Below, one piece after another: positions 21,595-32,485 of a stretch of 64,000 bases of DNA; the stretch's first letter is position 1; every line of letters starts with the position of its first letter. The notes under the pieces are model-generated. The model saw only the letters and a list, made by a program, of their open reading frames with translations. It did no database searches and was not told the origin of the DNA. Location: positions 1-64,000 of the forward strand of contig CP136572.1 of the NCBI GenBank assembly GCA_035193785.1. Reading direction: 5' to 3'. The position numbers were made by a program, and so were the translations under genes. Origin of the DNA: Planktothrix sp. GU0601_MAG3. GTDB taxonomy: Bacteria; Cyanobacteriota; Cyanobacteriia; Cyanobacteriales; Microcoleaceae.

Positions 21595-22885
21595 ATGACA
21601 AATAAACCATCATTCGACCTAGCAAAACAGGGTGATCCCCAAGAAATTGCTAGATTAATCACTTATTTAATGATAGAACAAGAGATTATTGCTTTCGCTG
21701 AACTAAAGCAAGATTATCTTGAAATAACCTTAGAATCTACTCCTGTTCCTCCTCAGCAGAAATCCGTTGAATTTGTTAAAGGAGTCATGCAAAAATTGAA
21801 CTGCTCCTATATGAAATCGGTTATAATTCAAGGTAAAGAATTAGCAATGGAGCAACCTGTTTGGACTGAATGTATTAGTTTGGAGAAAAAAACTAAGCCC
21901 GTCAAAAATAAATTGAGCTTTAATTTTATTACCTGGTTAAAATGGTCAGCTTGGTTTCCCTATCCGAATTCTTGGTTAAGAACAGTTATACTAATTATCT
22001 GGGTTATATTTATTGTTAAAGTTACTACATTTTGGGGAGGATTGATAGGCTTTGTTATTTCAGACATAGAAACCGATCCTCGACCTTTTTTACGAGCATT
22101 AGGAACAGCATTTTTAATCTCTGGAGTAATTTATTCCTACGCGCACCACTGGATTTTTAACCGATCATTGCGTTATTTTTCCCCTTGGACACCCCATTAT
22201 AAAAGTTTATGGGAAGGAACCTATGCTTTAATTGTCTTCTTTTTATCTATACTAATTGTTTTAGGGGTTTTAATTCCCTTTTATCCGGTTCAGGATTGTT
22301 ATTCTTATATAACGCAAAAATTTCAAGTTCAATATTGCCGTTTTGGAGATCATCAGGAATGGGTAAAATTAGCAGGATTATTACAAATTTTTTGCATTTT
22401 ATATCTCTATCAAATTGAATATCTGATCTGTCAAAATCACCGAATTAAGAAAAACATGATTTTAATGGGGTGCATCGGTTTAATTGCGGTGGCATCCATT
22501 TCTCTGTATTCTAAAAATATAGAAAATATTAAAAATGGAGGTTTCTTGGGTTGTTTCTGATCTTGCCGAATGGGGGAGAAATGAAAAAATTGAAACGATT
22601 AATAAAACTGGGATTTCAACTATTCTCAATCAAAATAGTGAAACCCCTACTGAAGTTAATTATTTTCGAGATGCGATTACAACAGCAACAAATGCCGCTA
22701 ATTTAGCACAAACATCTAAATCAAAAGATGAATGGGAATTTGTAGCAAGTCAGTGGGAAAAAGCGATTGAGAATATGAAAGCAGTTTCGACTTCTGATAT
22801 TAATTATAGTAAAGCACAACAACGGGTTATTCAGTATCAAAAAAATCTGGATTATGCTCGTTTAGCCGCTAGTCGTGCTCAATAG
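21595..22885 (+). CDS. Cyanobacterial multi-pass membrane protein with C-terminal helical domain (extra base at 22541 or 22553)
   Basis: LAKQGDP N-terminal domain; transmembrane segments; C-terminal AxxLAQT..EW..VASQW..AI..MK motif. Confidence 0.7.
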
Positions 22886-22924
22886 TAAAACTAGCTAGAC
22901 AACTTCTGGCATCAATATGTTAAA

Positions 22925-23016
22925 CAGGACTTACGCAGAATACCCAATTATACACCATCTGTAGGGGCGAATGGCCATTCGCCCCTACTAAATATGGTTG
23001 TTTTGCGTAAGTCCTG
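22925..23016. mobile_element. CAGGACTTACGCA-ended MITE carrying a GTAG REP-like palindrome
   Basis: Perfect 13-bp terminal inverted repeats, TTAAA duplication, internal GTAGGGGCGAATGGCCATTCGCCCCTAC. Confidence 0.8.
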
Positions 23017-23065
23017 TTAAAGTTAAAGTAGACTAGGGCTATTTTTACAACAAAATTTGATTAAT

Positions 23066-23375
23066 ATGCTTGAAAATATAGAAATTAATAATTATTGATG
23101 AAATAGAAAATGGCATCCACTATACTAATCAAAGAGAATTTTGGCAAACTTTGTTTAGGCTTTCAAAAGAACTAGATACCCAAATATTTGCCACAACCCA
23201 CAGTTTAGAAATGATTCAATCCTTTGGAGATGTAGGCTTAGAAATAGATGAAGAAATCAGTGCTTATTTTGAACTAGCAAGACATCCTAAAACCAACGAT
23301 ATTATTGGAATTAAAAGGGATGTAGAAACCTTGAAATATGCTTTAGAACATGGGAAAGGAGTTAGAGGTGAGTAA
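23066..23375 (+). pseudogene. Internally deleted AAA_21-type ATPase
   Basis: N-terminal MLENIEINN joined out of frame to IDEIENGIH...QIFATTHS; no Walker A. Confidence 0.7.
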
Positions 23376-23592
23376 TCTTTTAATTGTGGAAAGTAAAAAT
23401 GATAAATTTTGGATTAGTCTTTATCTACGATTCGATACTTGTTCTCGTTTAGAACGCAAGCAAGCAGAACGAAAATGCAGCATGAAAAATTTTGAATATA
23501 TTATGGAAAATAAAAAAGATATCTGGAATTTTAATCACCCTGTTCTCAATGAGATCAAAAATTTTTTGCACCTTTTCGTTGCTGAGGGTTGA
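23368..23592 (+). pseudogene. Internally deleted DUF3226/TOPRIM-like partner gene
   Basis: NLLIVESKNDKF start joined directly to a C-terminal WNFNHPxL segment. Confidence 0.55.
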
Positions 23593-23651
23593 TCAAAATG
23601 TAAAATCGATTATCCTTCGTCTTATAAATATTGCTGTAATTTTGTGTAAGT

Positions 23652-24420
23652 ATGGCTGGACATAGTAAGTGGGCGAATATTAAACGCCAAAAAGCAAGAG
23701 TGGACGCGGTAAAAGGTAAAGTGTTCACAAAAATTTCCCGGGAAATTATTGTGGCGGCGCGTCAAGGGGGCGACCCGGCGGGGAACTTTCAATTGCGAAA
23801 CTGCGATTGAAAAGGCAAAAGCCGCGGCAATTCCGAATGATAACATTGAACGAGCGATCGCAAAAGGAGCAGGGAAACTGGGGGCGGGAGCTTCCGAGTT
23901 AGAATTTATTCGTTATGAAGGCTATGGGGTTGGGGGCGTGGCGATTTTAATTGAAGGACTCACGGATAACCGCAACCGGACGGCGGCGGATTTACGGGTG
24001 GCTTTTAGTAAAAATGGCGGTAACTTGGGGGAAACCGGATGCGTGAGTTGGATGTTTGACCAGAAAGGTGTTGTTACCTTAACCGGGCCAATTGATGAAG
24101 AAAAACTTCTGGAAACCCTCGTAGAAGCAGGCGCCCAATCCTATGAATTAACGCCCGTTAATGATACCGATGGGGCAGAAATTTATACGGAAATTACGAA
24201 TTTAGAACAGTTAAGCCAAGTTTTAAGGGAACACAAATTTCATGTTGTTGAGGCGGAATGGCGTTGGATTCCTAATAATATCATTGAAGTTAATGATATG
24301 GAAAAAGCCCGATCACTGATGAAGTTAATGAATATTTTAGATGATTTAGATGACGTCCAGAATGTAACGGCAAACTTTGAACTCTCTGATGCTTGTTATC
24401 AAGCTCTTTATAACGAATGA
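23652..24420 (+). CDS. yebC: YebC/PmpR family regulator (extra base at 23797)
   Basis: [14 protein letters not shown] start; YEGYG; TDNRNRT. Confidence 0.93.
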
Positions 24421-25487
24421 AATGCTTGAATCCTTTGATCATAACTTTAGTTTCGTTGCCCCTATCTATTCAGGTTTTAGCCAGCCCAACTCCTACTTTT
24501 TCCCGGGGTTTAGAACCTTCCTTAGTTGATCATAATTTGGCATCAAATACTACAATGTTATTGAGTATTTTTTCTTTAAATGCGATCGTCAGATTGGAGG
24601 GTTTAAATTTACCCCATCCCAAAACCATCGGTCAGGCGACAATTCCACTTCAAAGATTAGAAGGAAGTCAAGTATTTACCCTACAGCTTGCCATTGGGGG
24701 AAAATCCGGTAGCTTTTTATTAGATACGGGGGCATCCACAACGATGATTGCCACCACGGTTGTTCAGGAGTTGGGGTTAACAGGAGAACCGATTCCGAAT
24801 CAGGGGTTAGCCTATGCCGTAGCGGGTGATGATTGTCCGAATATGAATGCCATTTTGCACAGTTTACCCCCGTTAGTAATTAATCAAGTTCGGGTGGAAG
24901 AATTGCGGGGTTTGGAATTTTCTACCACGGTAATTCCCGAGGAATTATCGGGAGTGGTGGGAATGGATTTTTTAAGGAATTTTGATCTAAAATTAAATCC
25001 TAAAAACCGTCAATTACAATTGCTGAATCCCTCTGTTTTACCTGCTGAATCTGTCCCTGAAGCTATCCCCTTAAAAAGTCGTTTGGGGGTGATGTTAACC
25101 TCGGTTAAAATTAATGATCAAGGGCCGTTTACGTTTCTATTAGATACGGGTGCTGATACTATTTTTATTTCTAAACAGTTGGCTAATCAAATAAAAATCG
25201 ATCATTCCCATCGGCAACCGATTCAAGTTCAGGGTTTTTGTGGGTTAGAAGATGCAGAAGTTTCTCGCTTGGAAAAAGTCACAATTCAGGATTATAATCA
25301 AAATAATTTAGAAGCCGTTATTTTATCATCTCCAGTTTTGGATCTCCTACAAATTGATGGCATTATTGGTCAAAGTTTTTTAAATCAATATCAACAATAT
25401 TGGCGGTTTAATTCTCCGAACAAATCCCAAGACTTTGAAGGAAGTTTATTATTAGTTTCCGATAAAATAAGAAACCAGGCTTCTTGA
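24417..25487 (+). CDS. Secreted two-domain retropepsin-like aspartyl protease
   Basis: Two LLDTGA motifs, GxxGMDFL / GIIGQSFL, signal peptide. Confidence 0.85.
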   Translation: MKCLNPLIITLVSLPLSIQVLASPTPTFSRGLEPSLVDHNLASNTTMLLSIFSLNAIVRLEGLNLPHPKTIGQATIPLQRLEGSQVFTLQLAIGGKSGSFLLDTGASTTMIATTVVQELGLTGEPIPNQGLAYAVAGDDCPNMNAILHSLPPLVINQVRVEELRGLEFSTTVIPEELSGVVGMDFLRNFDLKLNPKNRQLQLLNPSVLPAESVPEAIPLKSRLGVMLTSVKINDQGPFTFLLDTGADTIFISKQLANQIKIDHSHRQPIQVQGFCGLEDAEVSRLEKVTIQDYNQNNLEAVILSSPVLDLLQIDGIIGQSFLNQYQQYWRFNSPNKSQDFEGSLLLVSDKIRNQAS

Positions 25488-25519
25488 GAAAAACCCGGTT
25501 TCTGTAGTATCGTCTTTAA

Positions 25520-27640
25520 TTACAATCCCAAATCCAGTTTCCAGTATTTGAGAGTTCCGGTATTCTCAGGAATAGCATCGATAACTTTTAACTGCCAATT
25601 TCCCTGGGCGGAAACATTGATAAATTGTCTCAAATACATTGTATTTTGTAGGTTATAGGTCGTTTTCAACTGAGTTTTAATCCCTAAACTTCGATTTTGG
25701 AGTAATACCTGATCTCCATCGGGTGCAACTAACCAAACCTCAATATCTCCTAAAAAACTATGTTCAATCTCCACCGTCACCTGGATATCCTGAATCGGAC
25801 TGGCTTCTGTAATCTCAATTGAACTACTAATCCCCTTATCGTTATTATCAGGAATCGCCACACTTTGACTATTTTCTTGGGAAATATTCCGAGAAATTTG
25901 TTGCTGAACCATGCGTCTATTTTGTGCCATTTGCACCGCCTTAAACGCATTGACTTTGCCATAGCCAAACCATTGAGAATAGCCATTTTTATCATAATTT
26001 CCCATGCGAATTCCCAACTGAGGATCAGGATCAGAATCCACAATTTTATCCGCACTTTGTTCCAGAATTCGGCGAACTTCCTGGGCCGTTAAGGTCGGAT
26101 TTGCTGATAAGATTAAAGCCGCCACCCCAGCCACCACCGGAGTTGCACTCGATGTCCCCCCAAAATAGGGCGTAAAATCCGATTGATCATAACCTGCGGC
26201 TCCCGTGCGGTCAGTAGTAAAGACCCCCAAACCGGGTAAAGTTCCTTTCAGGACTGGAGGAGTACCGATATAACCCGTTTCCTGTAACCACATCCCCGGA
26301 GGAGCATTATTACTCGGAGCACAGACCGAAACTCCAATTCCCCAGTTACTATAAGCAGATTTTTTACCCAAACTATTAGAAGCAGAAACCGTAATCACAT
26401 CGGGATGAACCGCAAATCCAGCCAACCATTTCACCCGGCCGCTAATAATATCATTCGGCCAACCAGATTCATCGAGAATGCCGTTAACCGGACGATTAGC
26501 ATTTCCCGCGGCAAAAATCACCACACAGCCTTTGCCCTTGCGACCTTGAGTGGTGGCTTTACTAATCGCTGCTTTTTGTCGGGCGGAGAGGGGAAAATAA
26601 ATCGCACTGGCGCCCCAACTACAGGAAATCACCGCAGCACCTTTATCAATCGCCCAATTAAAAATCTGTTCTACCGATTCATCATCTAAAAATCCCGTTG
26701 TCCGAATTGGCATTAAGGCACAACCCGGAGCCACCCCGACAATTCCGGTTCCGGTTTCTTCCGCAACAGCCACCCCGGCACAAGCAGTCCCGTGATTATC
26801 GGTCGGAGCTTCTGGAAGTGGAAGATTATCTTTGCCTTTTAGGTCTAAAGGAGCAACAATTTTCCCCAATCCTTGGAAATCTGGGTGATTAATGTCTACA
26901 GAATCATCGCTAATTGCTACAACAACAGAACGAATTCCCCGGGTAATATCCCAGGCTTTTTCGCTGGAAATATGGGAACCCGGCGCGAGTTGGTTGCCCC
27001 CATTATTGTTGAGATACCATTGCTTACTGTACATGGAATCCCGGGGAACATAAAAGGGCTGACTTCTAATCACAATATTAGGTTCAGCTAGTAAAACTTG
27101 AGGATTACGAGTTAAACGATTCGTGATTTTTAGAGGATTTTCAGAGGATTTAGAAGTGATTAAATAAACAAAGGCATTAGGTAAATTGTCTACGGGTTTT
27201 AATTCTTTTAATCCCAATTCTGAAACAATAGACTCTCGGGCTGAGGGATCAATTTCCTGTTGAAACTGAATTGTAAGCTGATCGGTTAAATAGACAACAG
27301 AGGTAGGATCATTATCGAGTTGGTAAACATGACTAGCAAAGTTAATATTTTGGGAATTGCGAGCCAATTCCATCGCCTCATCCAGTTGCTCAGAAGCGAC
27401 TTGTAACTCCTCCAAGGAAGGAGGAACACTATTGGCGTGTTGGATGGGAATCGCAGGTTGCGGTAAATCCTTGATTTGGGTGTTAGGGGAGGATAATTGC
27501 ACCGTGAAGCGGTCAGGGACTTTATTTAGGATTAATTCCTCGCCCCCCCGTTGCAAAACAAAGCCGATACTCCCGTCAGGAACGCCAATTCCTTGATAGT
27601 TTTGTTGTGGAACGTTTGATGAGTTAACTGATGATGTCAT
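25520..27640 (-). CDS. S8 subtilisin/kexin-like peptidase with P-domain
   Basis: DD..D, HGTACAG, GGTSSATP catalytic motifs; C-terminal proprotein convertase P domain. Confidence 0.92.
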   Translation of the reverse strand: MTSSVNSSNVPQQNYQGIGVPDGSIGFVLQRGGEELILNKVPDRFTVQLSSPNTQIKDLPQPAIPIQHANSVPPSLEELQVASEQLDEAMELARNSQNINFASHVYQLDNDPTSVVYLTDQLTIQFQQEIDPSARESIVSELGLKELKPVDNLPNAFVYLITSKSSENPLKITNRLTRNPQVLLAEPNIVIRSQPFYVPRDSMYSKQWYLNNNGGNQLAPGSHISSEKAWDITRGIRSVVVAISDDSVDINHPDFQGLGKIVAPLDLKGKDNLPLPEAPTDNHGTACAGVAVAEETGTGIVGVAPGCALMPIRTTGFLDDESVEQIFNWAIDKGAAVISCSWGASAIYFPLSARQKAAISKATTQGRKGKGCVVIFAAGNANRPVNGILDESGWPNDIISGRVKWLAGFAVHPDVITVSASNSLGKKSAYSNWGIGVSVCAPSNNAPPGMWLQETGYIGTPPVLKGTLPGLGVFTTDRTGAAGYDQSDFTPYFGGTSSATPVVAGVAALILSANPTLTAQEVRRILEQSADKIVDSDPDPQLGIRMGNYDKNGYSQWFGYGKVNAFKAVQMAQNRRMVQQQISRNISQENSQSVAIPDNNDKGISSSIEITEASPIQDIQVTVEIEHSFLGDIEVWLVAPDGDQVLLQNRSLGIKTQLKTTYNLQNTMYLRQFINVSAQGNWQLKVIDAIPENTGTLKYWKLDLGL

Positions 27641-27860
27641 ATTTAATCTATCCTTTCTCCTTAAAGGTTTGAATCTCGATTAATGTTGCCTTTTGTCTGT
27701 TCCCCGCTATATCAATTTACGATCCCCTCCCCCCCAAAAATATAACCCGTATCGGTCTCGCGGTGGATCAGGTTGTTGGTACAGTATGGGATTGCTCAAG
27801 ATTAATGATAAGATCCATGAAGTTTAATGTTTTTTTTTATCGCGTTCGCGCAATTGAGTC

Positions 27861-28980
27861 ATGGTATCCTCTGGAACTGTTAGCTTCCTTCGACTGACAA
27901 CCTACCTATCTGTCTCCTTGATGGTGGCTTGGGGTGTCTTGTTGCCGTTTCAAGTTGATGCTCAAGAATCTTCTCCAACTGTTGCCCAGGGGAATGTACA
28001 GATGGGGGGAGAAACGGAAACTGAGGTTGCTCCACCATCGGGTGATTTGGCTCCCCTCAATCCTAATGATATTCGTCCTTTGTCCCTTGATAGTAGTTTT
28101 TTGAGTGTTGAGGGCGGAAAACGGCTGATGCAGGAAGCTGATAGTGCCGTTTCCGGTGAAAATTATCCCGAGGCAGAAAAAAAATTCCAGGAAGCTCGTC
28201 AAGTTTTTAACCAGTTATCCAATTTTTATCAACAGTTAGCGGGTAGTTTTTCAGGCGTCGATAACCGAATTGCCGATAGTTTTCGGAATTCAGCTCTGGA
28301 CACGGCAGAGGTGCGTGATACCGCCACCTATCAGTTAGCCCTACTCCACCGAACTAAAAACCAACCGGAAACTGGCTGTCCCTCTATTAATTCAAATTAT
28401 CCGCTCCCAAGCCCCCACCCGGGACTTAGGCAAAAAAGCTTATCAACAATTACTAGAACTAGGATTTGTGAACGACCCCTTTCCACCATCGGGTGATTCG
28501 ACTCCCCTCAATCCTAATGATATTCGTCCCTTGTCCCTTGATAGTAGTTTTTTGAGTATTGAGGGCGGAAAACGGCTGATGCAGGAAGCTGATAGTGCCG
28601 TTTCCGGTGAAAATTATCCCGAGGTAGAAAAAAAATTCCAGGAAGCTCGTCAAGTTTTTAACCAGTTATCCAATTTTTATCAACAGTTAGCGGGTAGTTT
28701 TTCAGGCGTTGATAACCAAATTGCCGATAGTTTTCGGAATTCAGCCCGGGACACGGCACAGATGCGCGATACCGCCACCTATCAGTTAGCCCTACTCCAC
28801 CGGGCTAGAAACCAACCGGAACTGGCTGTACCTCTATTAATTCAAATTATCCGCTCCCAAGCCCCCACCCGGGACTTAGGCAAAAAAGCTTATCAACAAT
28901 TACTAGAATTAGGATTTGTGACTGACTCCTTTCCTCGGGCGGGTAACACAACAACTGAAGCAACTCCTGGGGTGCAATGA
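27861..28980 (+). CDS. Exported helical protein with a 150-aa tandem duplication (372 aa after removing the extra base at 28368)
   Basis: Signal peptide; near-identical 450-nt units starting at 28031 and 28482. Confidence 0.75.
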
Positions 28981-28984
28981 GAGA

Positions 28985-29091
28985 GCGGGGGGAGCGGGGG
29001 AGGCAGGGGGAGCAGGGGGAGCAGGGGAGGCAGGGGGAGCAGGGGAGCAGGGGGAGCAGGGGAGGCAGGGGAGGTGGGGGGAGTGGGGGGA
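28985..29091 (+). repeat. G-rich short tandem repeat (GGGGAGCA / GGGGAGGCA units)
   Basis: Seen directly; intergenic. Confidence 0.85.
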
Positions 29092-29174
29092 GAAATTATT
29101 AACTTCTGATTCCTGACCCTTTCTGACTCCCGTTTACTCTAAAATATTTACTCTACTAAGGTTTGGGAATAGCG

Positions 29175-29432
29175 ATGATTACACTGAATCAAGTTGAAGC
29201 AATGATTAAGTCAGAATTACCAAATGCTATGGTTCAAGTCCAAGATTTGGGCGGGGGTGACCATTTACAAGCCATTGTGGTATCGGCGGAATTTGAAGGC
29301 AAGACTTTAGTAAAGCAACACCAAATGGTGTACAAAGCTGTTAAGGAAGCCATGGCTTCCGAAGCCATCCACGCTTTAGCCCTGAAAACCTACACCCCTC
29401 AAGAGTGGAAACAAGCCAGTCCCGGGGCTTAA
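29175..29432 (+). CDS. bolA: BolA family protein
   Basis: [30 protein letters not shown]. Confidence 0.9.
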   Translation: MITLNQVEAMIKSELPNAMVQVQDLGGGDHLQAIVVSAEFEGKTLVKQHQMVYKAVKEAMASEAIHALALKTYTPQEWKQASPGA

Positions 29433-29561
29433 TTGTACTTAAACTCTGATCTAGCTTAATGTCCAAATTCTCGGAAATCAGTTAGACTCAAATCTGGGAT
29501 TCTATGATCGTTTTGCCGATCAATTAACCTATCCAAACCTACCCCATTTTATTAATAAACC

Positions 29562-29886
29562 ATGACGACAGACCCACAGACAAAAATTAAAGATCTGATC
29601 ACGAAAAACAAAATCTTTGTTTTTATGAAGGGAACAAAGCTCATGCCAATGTGCGGTTTTTCTAATAATGTTGTGCAGATTTTAAATACTTTAGGGGTTC
29701 CTTTTGAAACCCTAGATGTTTTAGAAGATTATGAAATTCGCCAAGGGATTAAAGATTATTCTAACTGGCCGACCATTCCCCAGGTCTATATCAACGGCGA
29801 GTTTATTGGCGGTTTCTGATGTGCTGATTGAACTCTATCAAAAAGGCGAGTTACAGCAACTGGTAGAACTGGCATTTGCTTCATAA
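29562..29886 (+). CDS. grxD: Monothiol glutaredoxin Grx4 (extra base at 29812)
   Basis: CGFS active site, WPTIPQ, GGSD after correction. Confidence 0.92.
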
Positions 29887-29990
29887 AACGGTGTTGGGTA
29901 TCGGGTTTCGGGTGTGGGGTTGGAGTTGATTTCTCCCTAACCCTCTATCCCTGATATTCCCGTTTTCCCAACCCTTTCTGGACTTCTGCC

Positions 29991-30239
29991 CTAATAATAA
30001 TCGACTTGACGTTGGGGCATCGGCATTTCAAAATTTGAGGGGTCGTAAATGTATCGAGTCGCTTCTTCCTCCAAACGACTAATTAAATAGGGTTCTAAGG
30101 TATTTGTATGTCTGAGGGCGGCTAAGTAACCGTCTAAATATAACCTGAGATCATCATAACGATAACCTCGGTTCCACATCTCGACGAGGGCGTCGGTGAG
30201 TTTCTGATAATGGCGAATCGTTAAGGTGTCCTGAAGCAT
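29991..30239 (-). CDS. Conserved cyanobacterial hypothetical protein (DUF6761-like)
   Basis: MLQDTLTIRHYQKLTDALV..LYLDGYLAAL. Confidence 0.75.
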   Translation of the reverse strand: MLQDTLTIRHYQKLTDALVEMWNRGYRYDDLRLYLDGYLAALRHTNTLEPYLISRLEEEATRYIYDPSNFEMPMPQRQVDYY

Positions 30240-30408
30240 GGTTTGAATGGGGGTTAAGGGGTGATTACTCGATTGAATTAGGAGGTCAGGCCGGATTCCG
30301 GGAATAAGACTCGTCTATCTATCTTCATGTTAACTCTTTCCATCTTAACTTCAGATCAAAATTAACCCAGTTGGCTCTGATACTTTTGACTATTAAGGTT
30401 ATAGGGAG

Positions 30409-30450
30409 GTAACAGTAGCTACAAAATCAGAAAGATTACCCTGTTAAGCT
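30409..30450 (+). promoter_or_regulatory. NtcA-activated class II promoter of nrrA
   Basis: GTA-ACAGTAGC-TAC, 22 nt, TAAGCT matches GTAN8TAC-N22-TAN3T. Confidence 0.85.
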
Positions 30451-30483
30451 TGAACTCAACATTGAAGAAGGAAGCTCGCATTC

Positions 30484-31248
30484 GTGGGATCTGCTTGTAT
30501 TTCAATTATTGAGGGAAACCCGCATTTACGATCGCTCTTGGGTTGGCATTTACAGCACGTCGGTTATTTAGTTCATCAGGCTGCTGATTTGCACAATGCA
30601 AGGGATATCTTCTATGCCCATCAACCCAATTTAGTGATTTTGGACGCTGAATTACCAGAGGGAAATAGTTTAGAATTTTGCCAATGGCTTCAGCAGCAAC
30701 GACAATCTTTAATTCTGATGTTATCGGCCCGCACAACGGAATCCGATATTGTCCGGGGTTTGAGGGCGGGCGCCGACGACTATTTAACCAAACCCTTTGG
30801 AATGCAGGAGTTTTTGGCGAGGACAGAATCCTTGATGCGTCGTAGTCGCACCATTGTCCCGCCAACTACCCTGGATTATGGATCTCTCAAAATTGACTTA
30901 GTACAGCGTCGTGTGCGCTTACAGAGTCAATTGATTGAACTCACTCCCCAGGAATATAGTCTGCTCTATGTTCTCGCTCAGGCTTGTGGAGAACCTTTGA
31001 GTCGTTCAGAACTGTTGCGACGGGCTTGGCCAGATGCCATTGATAATCCTCGCACGATTGATACCCATGTTCTTTCGTTACGGAAAAAGTTAGAAACTGA
31101 CCCCCGCCAACCGAATTTAATCCAAACCGTTCGGAATATTGGCTATCGTCTCAATTTGGAAGTTCTCAAAGCAGAAACTGTTCGCACCGTCAGACTGAAT
31201 GGCAAATATCCGCCCATTCGCGGAGTCAAAACAGAGAGTAGTGCCTAA
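30484..31248 (+). CDS. nrrA: OmpR-family nitrogen-regulated response regulator
   Basis: EGNPHLRSLLGWHLQ N-terminus, receiver plus winged helix, upstream NtcA promoter. Confidence 0.85.
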   Translation: MGSACISIIEGNPHLRSLLGWHLQHVGYLVHQAADLHNARDIFYAHQPNLVILDAELPEGNSLEFCQWLQQQRQSLILMLSARTTESDIVRGLRAGADDYLTKPFGMQEFLARTESLMRRSRTIVPPTTLDYGSLKIDLVQRRVRLQSQLIELTPQEYSLLYVLAQACGEPLSRSELLRRAWPDAIDNPRTIDTHVLSLRKKLETDPRQPNLIQTVRNIGYRLNLEVLKAETVRTVRLNGKYPPIRGVKTESSA

Positions 31249-31335
31249 TCACCCTTGGATGATTGATGATTAAAAATCTAATCCCTAATTCTGATTATTC
31301 CCTATTCTCTGGGGATTATTGCAGAGTTGGGGCTG

Positions 31336-31905
31336 TTATTTGATGCTCAGGGCGGTGGAAATTGTCCAAATATCCACTAAACCTAATAATAAACTACAGC
31401 CAAATAAAATAAAATACATCCAGGGTTGAGCCAACGGACGCACATCTGTTGTATCAATTCCTGTTTTTTCTTGGACTATTCCCACAAACTTCGCAAATCC
31501 AGCCATGCGCATTGGGAGTAAATAACCTTCTCCCGTCTGACTGACAAAATAATAAACCAGTCCTCCTTGTCCGGTGCTTCTAGGTTTCAAGGCTTTGATC
31601 TGATCCCAGGGTAATGACCAACCCCGACGAAATATGGGGGAAATCAAAGAAGAATAGCTCACTTTAATCCCCTCATGATCCACAATTACCCGTTCTGTTA
31701 GAATTGCAGATATAGCGATCGCTCCGAGCCCAATTCCTAGCCAAAGTAACATCGGAGAAACAGGAGCATTAACAGCTTTTGACAAAAAAGGTAAGGGAAT
31801 CATCAACACCGTATATAAACTTAACAGCGTGATTCTGATAATTGGAGATAGGCGAAATACAATTGGACTAGATAAAGCTAAGGATTCTACTGTTTCAACA
31901 TTCAT
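31336..31905 (-). CDS. Conserved cyanobacterial membrane protein
   Basis: FRLSPIIRITL; TGQGGLVYYF; transmembrane helices. Confidence 0.75.
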   Translation of the reverse strand: MNVETVESLALSSPIVFRLSPIIRITLLSLYTVLMIPLPFLSKAVNAPVSPMLLWLGIGLGAIAISAILTERVIVDHEGIKVSYSSLISPIFRRGWSLPWDQIKALKPRSTGQGGLVYYFVSQTGEGYLLPMRMAGFAKFVGIVQEKTGIDTTDVRPLAQPWMYFILFGCSLLLGLVDIWTISTALSIK

Positions 31906-32019
31906 TTTAAACAGCTTTTAAATTGATTTATCTCCAGAAATTCCACCACGATCTTTAAAGTCGTAGTGGAATATCTCCCATGGGTTTTGAGATAATTTTG
32001 TTATCGTTTTTTTTGTAAA

Positions 32020-32394
32020 TTAATCAACGGAAGTTAAAGCTGGAGTGGTTAAAGGTTCCTGTTTAACTGTACGCTTACTGGTAAAGTTTCTGGGTTGAGG
32101 ATTTAGAGTCAAAGGTTTATCCTCATAGCTGATAGACTGTTGATCAATCTGGAGCCGATCACAAGGAATATTATCAGCAATAATGGCACTGGCCATACTT
32201 CCGGTATGGATTTCCAAAGTCGCCTGTGGAATCGCTTCAAAAACTAAGCGTTGTCCTGGGAATACCACCCGCTCAAAGTACCAATTAGGAACATTGGTGA
32301 TGCGAGCGATCTGAATATGGCTGGTAGCATTGACATAGCAGCACAAAATTCGACCAGAACTATTTGACGGTAGGGGATCAAGAATTTGAGCCAT
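32020..32394 (-). CDS. DUF1830 family protein
   Basis: CCYVNATS.IQIARI..WYFERVVFPGQRL.FEA. Confidence 0.85.
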   Translation of the reverse strand: MAQILDPLPSNSSGRILCCYVNATSHIQIARITNVPNWYFERVVFPGQRLVFEAIPQATLEIHTGSMASAIIADNIPCDRLQIDQQSISYEDKPLTLNPQPRNFTSKRTVKQEPLTTPALTSVD

Positions 32395-32442
32395 ATCGGA
32401 ATCTGGGGGGCTTTGAGCTAAAAGTTTTACTGATTACTTGCT

Positions 32443-32485
32443 ACGTTAACATTTGTTGATCCCAGTTGGTTGTAACTCCGACTAC
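32443..32485 (-). promoter_or_regulatory. Candidate NtcA site and -10 box for the DUF1830 gene
   Basis: GTAN8TAC at 32472-32485; TAACGT 23 nt downstream on the minus strand. Confidence 0.5.
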
